Shown here: in pieces, positions 58,962 to 64,000 of the stretch
How positions within the stretch are numbered: position 1 is the stretch's first letter
How the letters are laid out: each line of letters begins with the position of its first letter
DNA from: Chitinophaga pinensis
GTDB taxonomy: Bacteria; Bacteroidota; Bacteroidia; UBA4408
DNA: 64,000 nucleotides
Direction: 5' to 3'
Assembly: GCA_945861665.1 (NCBI GenBank)
Contig: CAMAVS010000010.1
Location: 13,371-77,370 of the forward strand
The notes under the pieces: generated by a model
The model's input: only the letters and a program-made list of their open reading frames with translations
What the model was told of the DNA's origin: nothing
Database searches by the model: none
Translations under genes and position numbers: made by a program

Positions 58962-61900
58962 ATGATGCGCTTTGTTTGTTTGTTGTTATTTGCATTTATT
59001 GCATTCACTGTTGATGCTCAAGTAAAACCTGTTTTTAGTGGATTTCCTGGAAGTGCTTATCAGTCAGCTCAAAATGAATATTATTGGAAAAATAGAAAAC
59101 CTTTTGAAGGATACTGGCAGCAAGATGTGCACTATAAAATTAGTGCCGATGTGGACGAAAAAACAGATATCGTTAGTGGCCAGGAAGAACTTATTTATTA
59201 CAACAATTCACCCGATGTGCTGAATTATGTCTACTTCCATTTATACAGCAATGCACAAGTAAAAGAGTCCTATTTGAGCGACTTGTTCAAGAACAATGGA
59301 CTTACTTTGACTTACGGTAAATACCAACAACAAAATCTTGGAACTAATATTGAAAAAATTGCGAGTGCTGGTCGTGATTTAAAAATGGAGTTGGATAATA
59401 CGGTACTCAAAGTGTTTCTTCAAAAGTCTTTAATGCCTGGAGAATCAGTGTCATTCCATATAGATTTTAAAACTTATTTCGATACAGGTACCATTCGAAA
59501 CAGAATGAAAATGTTTAATGCTTTTGGCTATAAACATTACGATTTGGTTCATTGGTATCCACGCATTTCTGTATACGATAGAAAAATGGGTTGGGATACC
59601 GATCAACATTTAGACCACGAGTTTTATGGCGATTACGGCACATTTGATGTTGAAATAACTTTTGCAAATAACTATGTGTTGGATGCAACGGGTATTTTGA
59701 TTAACCCAGAGGAGGTATTGCCTGCTGAACTAAGAAAGCAGTTAGATATTAAAAATTTCGCGAACAAACCTTGGAATTCACGTCCATCGGAAATTATTAA
59801 ACCTGATGGCGGTCGAAAAATATGGAAATTCCACGCTGAAAATGTACATGATTTTGCACTCACGGCCGATCCCACTTACCGAATTGGTGAAGCAGAGTGG
59901 AATGGTATTAAATGCATTGCTTTGGTTCAAGAATCACATGCCTCACGCTGGCAAACAACTGCCGAATACGTTGCGAAAATTATTAAATCGAACTCCGAAG
60001 ATTTTGGAATGTATGCTTATCCTAAAATGATTGCAGCTGATGCACAAGATGGAATGGAGTATCCAATGCTTACCTTGGATGGTGGTGGCGACCCCGATTA
60101 CAAAACGTTGCTCATTCACGAAATTAGTCATAATTGGTTTTTTGGAATGGTGGGTAATAATGAAACCTATAGAGCAGCAATGGACGAAGGCTTTACTCAA
60201 TTTCTTACTGCTTGGACATTTGAACGCATTGATGGTAAAAAAATAATAAAAGGAGTACCGGTTTCAAATTATATTCGAAAGTATTTAAAAGTGGAAGATG
60301 TGAGAGAAAATCAAGTATACAGAGGCTATGTTTTTGATGCTATCAAAGGAAGTGATGCCACCTTGAATACCCATTCTGATGGTTTTAACGGCACTATTCA
60401 TCACGGTGGAGGTTACAGGCAGGTATATTATAAAACAGCTACCATGTTGTATAATTTACAATACGTATTGGGCGATGAGTTATTTTTAAAAACAATACAA
60501 CATTATTTCAATCAATGGAAAATTTGCCATCCCTATATGGAAGATTTTAGAAGTTCTGTTATTGGCTTCACAAAAGTTGATTTAAACTGGTTTTTTGACC
60601 AGTGGATGGAAACCACTAAAATAATTGATTATAAGGTTGGCCGCGTTAAAAAGGGAAAAGAGGAAAATGAATATATCATTACTTTTAATCGTGAAGGAAG
60701 AATGCAAATGCCCATCGATTTTCAAGTAACAGCGAAGGATGGCAAAAAATATAATTATTATATTCCTAACAATTGGTTCGAAAAAAGTACCAATGCAACT
60801 ATCCTCCCTCGATGGATAGGATGGGATAATATACAAAAAGAATATAAGGCAGAAGTCATTATACCAAATGGTATAAGCGATGTGCGCATTGATACAAGCT
60901 ATCGTTTGGCAGACCTCAATATGTTAAACAATAGCAAACAATATCCAGTAACTATTAGCCTTGACCATCGTATTTACAATACTCCCGATAGAAAAAATTA
61001 CGAAATTTTTATGCGACCAGATGTGTGGTACAATGCCTACGATGGAATAAAAACAGGTGTTGCGGTAAATGGGAGCTACTTGAACTATTTTCACCAGTTT
61101 GATGCAGCTGTTTGGTACAATACCGGATTAGGGCAATACACTAAAAGCTCATCCGATTCGGGGAACAAGCACAACAATGTAATGTCATATCGGTTTTATT
61201 ATAAAACAGCCACAAATTCTTTTGTAAAAAATTCTTCGGTTTATTTTTCAAGTAGATTTTTGGATGGATTGAATTTGCATCGAATAGGCTTTGAAGTGAA
61301 GGATAAAAAGGACGTAAATCATATGTATGGTTTTTATAAAGCAATGTGGCGACAAAATTCTTATGCCAATAATTATTTATTGTATCCCGCTGAATGGGGT
61401 TCTGGTAAATTTAATAATACTATTAATTTGGGTATAGATCATAAATACTTATATAAAAGAGGCTCTGGTAATATAACCCTAAATGTTAAATCGTCTGCAC
61501 TGGGCAGCGATTACAACTACTCTCAAATAAGCATGACCGTTGTAAATAAAAATGTATTTGGTAAATTTGATTTCAACACACGTACCTTTTTTCAATATGG
61601 TTTTGGTAACAACCAACCAAGCGAATCAGCCCTGTTTTTTGCTAGTGCTAATCCCGAAGAAATGATGGAAAATAAATACCTTCGTTCAGCGGGCTTTGTA
61701 CCTAATGCTACTGTTGGATTTTATGGAATAAACACAAGTAGTTTTCAGTATGGTGGAGGTTTAAATATGCGTGGATATGCAGGGTATCTTATGCCTCAAG
61801 TGCAAACAGATGGCAGCTATTCCTTTATTTACAAGGGCACAAGTGGGGCAGCTGTGAATGCCGAGCTAGGGTTTGATAGGTTGATTCAGGTGATGCCAAG

Positions 61901-62174
61901 CAGAATGAGAAATTACTTTAAAGTGAACACTTATTTGTTTGGCGATGTAGGAGTAATAGATTATACAAACATTATTGAAAAAAAGAGTTTTTCGAAACCT
62001 CGTTTCGATGCGGGACTTGGAACAGCCTTTACGATAAAAAAATGGGGAGCCTTACAAATGGTAGAGCCACTTACCCTTCGTTTTGATATGCCTTTTTTTA
62101 TAAGTAATACACCTAATGTAAGCCCCGAATATGTTAAATTTAGATGGCTAATATCTGTAAGTAGAGCATTTTAA
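58962..62174 (+). CDS. M1-family metallo-aminopeptidase with C-terminal Omp85-like beta-barrel
   Basis: YWQQ, WYP, GMEYP, HEISHNWF-x-DEG (HExxH-x18-E), VYYK; C-terminal GGGLNMRGY, FGDVG, DAGLG and terminal Phe. Confidence 0.85.
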   Translation: MMRFVCLLLFAFIAFTVDAQVKPVFSGFPGSAYQSAQNEYYWKNRKPFEGYWQQDVHYKISADVDEKTDIVSGQEELIYYNNSPDVLNYVYFHLYSNAQVKESYLSDLFKNNGLTLTYGKYQQQNLGTNIEKIASAGRDLKMELDNTVLKVFLQKSLMPGESVSFHIDFKTYFDTGTIRNRMKMFNAFGYKHYDLVHWYPRISVYDRKMGWDTDQHLDHEFYGDYGTFDVEITFANNYVLDATGILINPEEVLPAELRKQLDIKNFANKPWNSRPSEIIKPDGGRKIWKFHAENVHDFALTADPTYRIGEAEWNGIKCIALVQESHASRWQTTAEYVAKIIKSNSEDFGMYAYPKMIAADAQDGMEYPMLTLDGGGDPDYKTLLIHEISHNWFFGMVGNNETYRAAMDEGFTQFLTAWTFERIDGKKIIKGVPVSNYIRKYLKVEDVRENQVYRGYVFDAIKGSDATLNTHSDGFNGTIHHGGGYRQVYYKTATMLYNLQYVLGDELFLKTIQHYFNQWKICHPYMEDFRSSVIGFTKVDLNWFFDQWMETTKIIDYKVGRVKKGKEENEYIITFNREGRMQMPIDFQVTAKDGKKYNYYIPNNWFEKSTNATILPRWIGWDNIQKEYKAEVIIPNGISDVRIDTSYRLADLNMLNNSKQYPVTISLDHRIYNTPDRKNYEIFMRPDVWYNAYDGIKTGVAVNGSYLNYFHQFDAAVWYNTGLGQYTKSSSDSGNKHNNVMSYRFYYKTATNSFVKNSSVYFSSRFLDGLNLHRIGFEVKDKKDVNHMYGFYKAMWRQNSYANNYLLYPAEWGSGKFNNTINLGIDHKYLYKRGSGNITLNVKSSALGSDYNYSQISMTVVNKNVFGKFDFNTRTFFQYGFGNNQPSESALFFASANPEEMMENKYLRSAGFVPNATVGFYGINTSSFQYGGGLNMRGYAGYLMPQVQTDGSYSFIYKGTSGAAVNAELGFDRLIQVMPSRMRNYFKVNTYLFGDVGVIDYTNIIEKKSFSKPRFDAGLGTAFTIKKWGALQMVEPLTLRFDMPFFISNTPNVSPEYVKFRWLISVSRAF

Positions 62175-62246
62175 AGTTTTATTATTCGGTTTTTAAAAAT
62201 TAAATTTGTAGAATTGTTAGTATAAGTGCTTAAATAAACCTCAACG

Positions 62247-64000
62247 ATGAAATACATAAATTACTTGTTTGTATTGCTTTCTCTTTCAGTTTACAGTGTT
62301 GTTAATGGGCAGAGTAATGAAGTGAAAAAAAAATATTCTGATGCGGAGTTTCACGTTGCAAGCAATAATTATGCATTGGCATTGCCACTTTATTTGGAAG
62401 TATTTACTTCCGATCCTAGCAACGCAAACCTGAATTATAAAATAGGGATATGTTATTTAAAATCCGTTTCTGAAAAAAATAAGGCTGTACCCTTTTTGGA
62501 ATTGGCCGTTACTAAAATGTCGAAAGGCTATGACGACATTGATTTAGATGAAAAAGACGCACCTTACTCTGCTTTATATCATTTAGGTCGAGCCTACCAT
62601 TTCGATTATAAATTTGACGAAGCAATATCTTTTTTGGAAAAGTATAAAGTATTGTTTAAATCTGGCAGAGACAAAGAAATTATAAAGGAACTTGATCTCG
62701 AGATACAACAATGTGTTTTTGGTAAAGAGACTGTGAAAAAACCCAATGACGTAACTGTTGCCAATTTGGGAGATAGTATAAACAGTAAATATCCCGATTT
62801 TGCACCCATTATTTCGGCAGACGAAAGTATGATAATCTTTACATCCAGAAGGGAAGGTAGTACAGGTAGTGATGGACCGGGTTTGGATGGAACTTATCCT
62901 GAAGATATATATGCTTCCTATAATAACGATGGAATATGGAGCAAAGCGGTACAAATTGGCTCAAACATCAATACTCCTGAAAACGATGCTTCTGTCGGTT
63001 TATCTGCAGATGGGCAGCAATTGCTTATTTACAAAGACGACAATGGGGATGGAAATATTTACAAAAGTGATTTAAATGGTGATGTTTGGAGTGTTCCCGC
63101 AAAAATGACTTCTGACATTAACACCAATTCATGGGAACCTAGTGCTTGTTTAACTCCCGATGGATTAACCCTTTATTTTGTAAGTGATAGAAAAGGTGGA
63201 TTTGGAGGAAGTGATATTTGGCGTTGTGTGAAATTACCTAATGGAAATTGGAGTTTGGCCTTAAATTTAGGCCCGGTTATAAATACAGAGTACGATGAAG
63301 ATGGCCCATTTGTTCACCCAAATGGTGTGACGATGTTTTTTAGTTCTAAAGGACACAAGAGCATGGGTGGATTTGATATTTTAAAAACCTTTAAAGATGA
63401 AGAAACAGGTGCTTGGTCGCCACCCATAAATTTGGGTTTCCCTATCAACACAACCGATGACGATGTATTTTATGTTGTTTCGGTTGATGGAAGACGAAGC
63501 TATTATTCTTCTGCAAAGGAAGGAGGATTTGGAGAGAAAGATATTTATATGATTACTTCGAGTGAATCAGTTGCCGAGCCGATTAGTTTGTTTAAAGGTT
63601 TTGTGACATTAAATGGAGGGACTGATAATTTACCAAATGTAAGATTAACCGTGGTTGACAACGAGTCGCAGTCGGAATTGCCTGCCGTTAAAATGAATAG
63701 TATCACCGGTAAGTACATTTTGCTTTTAAAGCCTGGCCGTTCGGGTAAAAGTTATACTGCGAGTTACGAAGCGGATGGATTTACACCGCAAAGTTTGGTA
63801 GTGCGTGTTGAACCTGGAACATCATATCAAGACATTGGTAAAGAAATAAAATTAAAAACCATAAATTTTGTGAATCTAAAACCGGGAACCGTTGCTTTGC
63901 TTGGAACTGTTACAGACAAAGAAATGAAAGCTCCTGTTAAAAAGGCTGTGGTGATTGTTAAAGATAATAAAACAGGCACACTCATCCAGAATTATCCGGT
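62247..64000 (+). CDS. TPR + PD40 beta-propeller + carboxypeptidase-regulatory-like protein (PorE/OmpA-like architecture), truncated by the window end
   Basis: Not in the ORF track. Hand translation: MKYINYLFVLL...NANLNYKIGICYL (TPR), NLGDSINSKYPDFAPIISADES.IIFTSRR, LYFVSDRKGGFGGSDIW, FSSKGHKSMGGFDI, NLGFPINTTDDD. Confidence 0.88.
   Translation, partial: MKYINYLFVLLSLSVYSVVNGQSNEVKKKYSDAEFHVASNNYALALPLYLEVFTSDPSNANLNYKIGICYLKSVSEKNKAVPFLELAVTKMSKGYDDIDLDEKDAPYSALYHLGRAYHFDYKFDEAISFLEKYKVLFKSGRDKEIIKELDLEIQQCVFGKETVKKPNDVTVANLGDSINSKYPDFAPIISADESMIIFTSRREGSTGSDGPGLDGTYPEDIYASYNNDGIWSKAVQIGSNINTPENDASVGLSADGQQLLIYKDDNGDGNIYKSDLNGDVWSVPAKMTSDINTNSWEPSACLTPDGLTLYFVSDRKGGFGGSDIWRCVKLPNGNWSLALNLGPVINTEYDEDGPFVHPNGVTMFFSSKGHKSMGGFDILKTFKDEETGAWSPPINLGFPINTTDDDVFYVVSVDGRRSYYSSAKEGGFGEKDIYMITSSESVAEPISLFKGFVTLNGGTDNLPNVRLTVVDNESQSELPAVKMNSITGKYILLLKPGRSGKSYTASYEADGFTPQSLVVRVEPGTSYQDIGKEIKLKTINFVNLKPGTVALLGTVTDKEMKAPVKKAVVIVKDNKTGTLIQNYP

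Noticed and set aside
62583-63075. Three short ORFs listed near the window end
   Set aside because: They overlap the long TPR/PD40 gene starting at 62247, which the track missed because it has no stop in the window
1-64000. CRISPR array, rRNA, IS element or prophage
   Set aside because: No regularly spaced repeats, rRNA-like sequence, transposase or phage genes recognised; nearly all sequence is accounted for by the listed genes

Overview
AT-rich Bacteroidota (Bacteroidetes) chromosomal segment. The assignment rests on TAnnTTTG promoters, T9SS C-terminal domains (CTDs) and a fused lpxC-fabZ. It is mostly housekeeping and envelope genes: pnuC, hemF, guaA, pckA, lptC, coaX, kynA, lepA, ilvE, lysS, lipB, rlmN, rsmE, lpxA, lpxC/fabZ, lysC, suhB, lgt, mtaB, rpsT, radC, tRNA-Phe and tRNA-Glu. 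It also carries several T9SS cargo proteins and an SGNH-SGNH-MBOAT O-acetylation cluster. I saw no transposase, integrase, prophage, CRISPR array or reverse transcriptase. The most notable items are four. (1) A 1070-aa M1 aminopeptidase fused to a C-terminal region with Omp85-type barrel motifs. (2) An AT-rich three-gene islet (about 37.15-39.6 kb) in which every gene is inactivated by point lesions that the ORF track hides, including a DUF1566/Lcl-like lipoprotein. (3) Three decayed T9SS type-B CTD genes and an orphan OmpR winged-helix remnant. (4) Seven promoter elements almost abutting start codons, plus competing hairpins in the lpxC-fabZ leader. I cannot demonstrate a clearly novel system from sequence alone. 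All family calls are from motif recognition by eye, with no database search.
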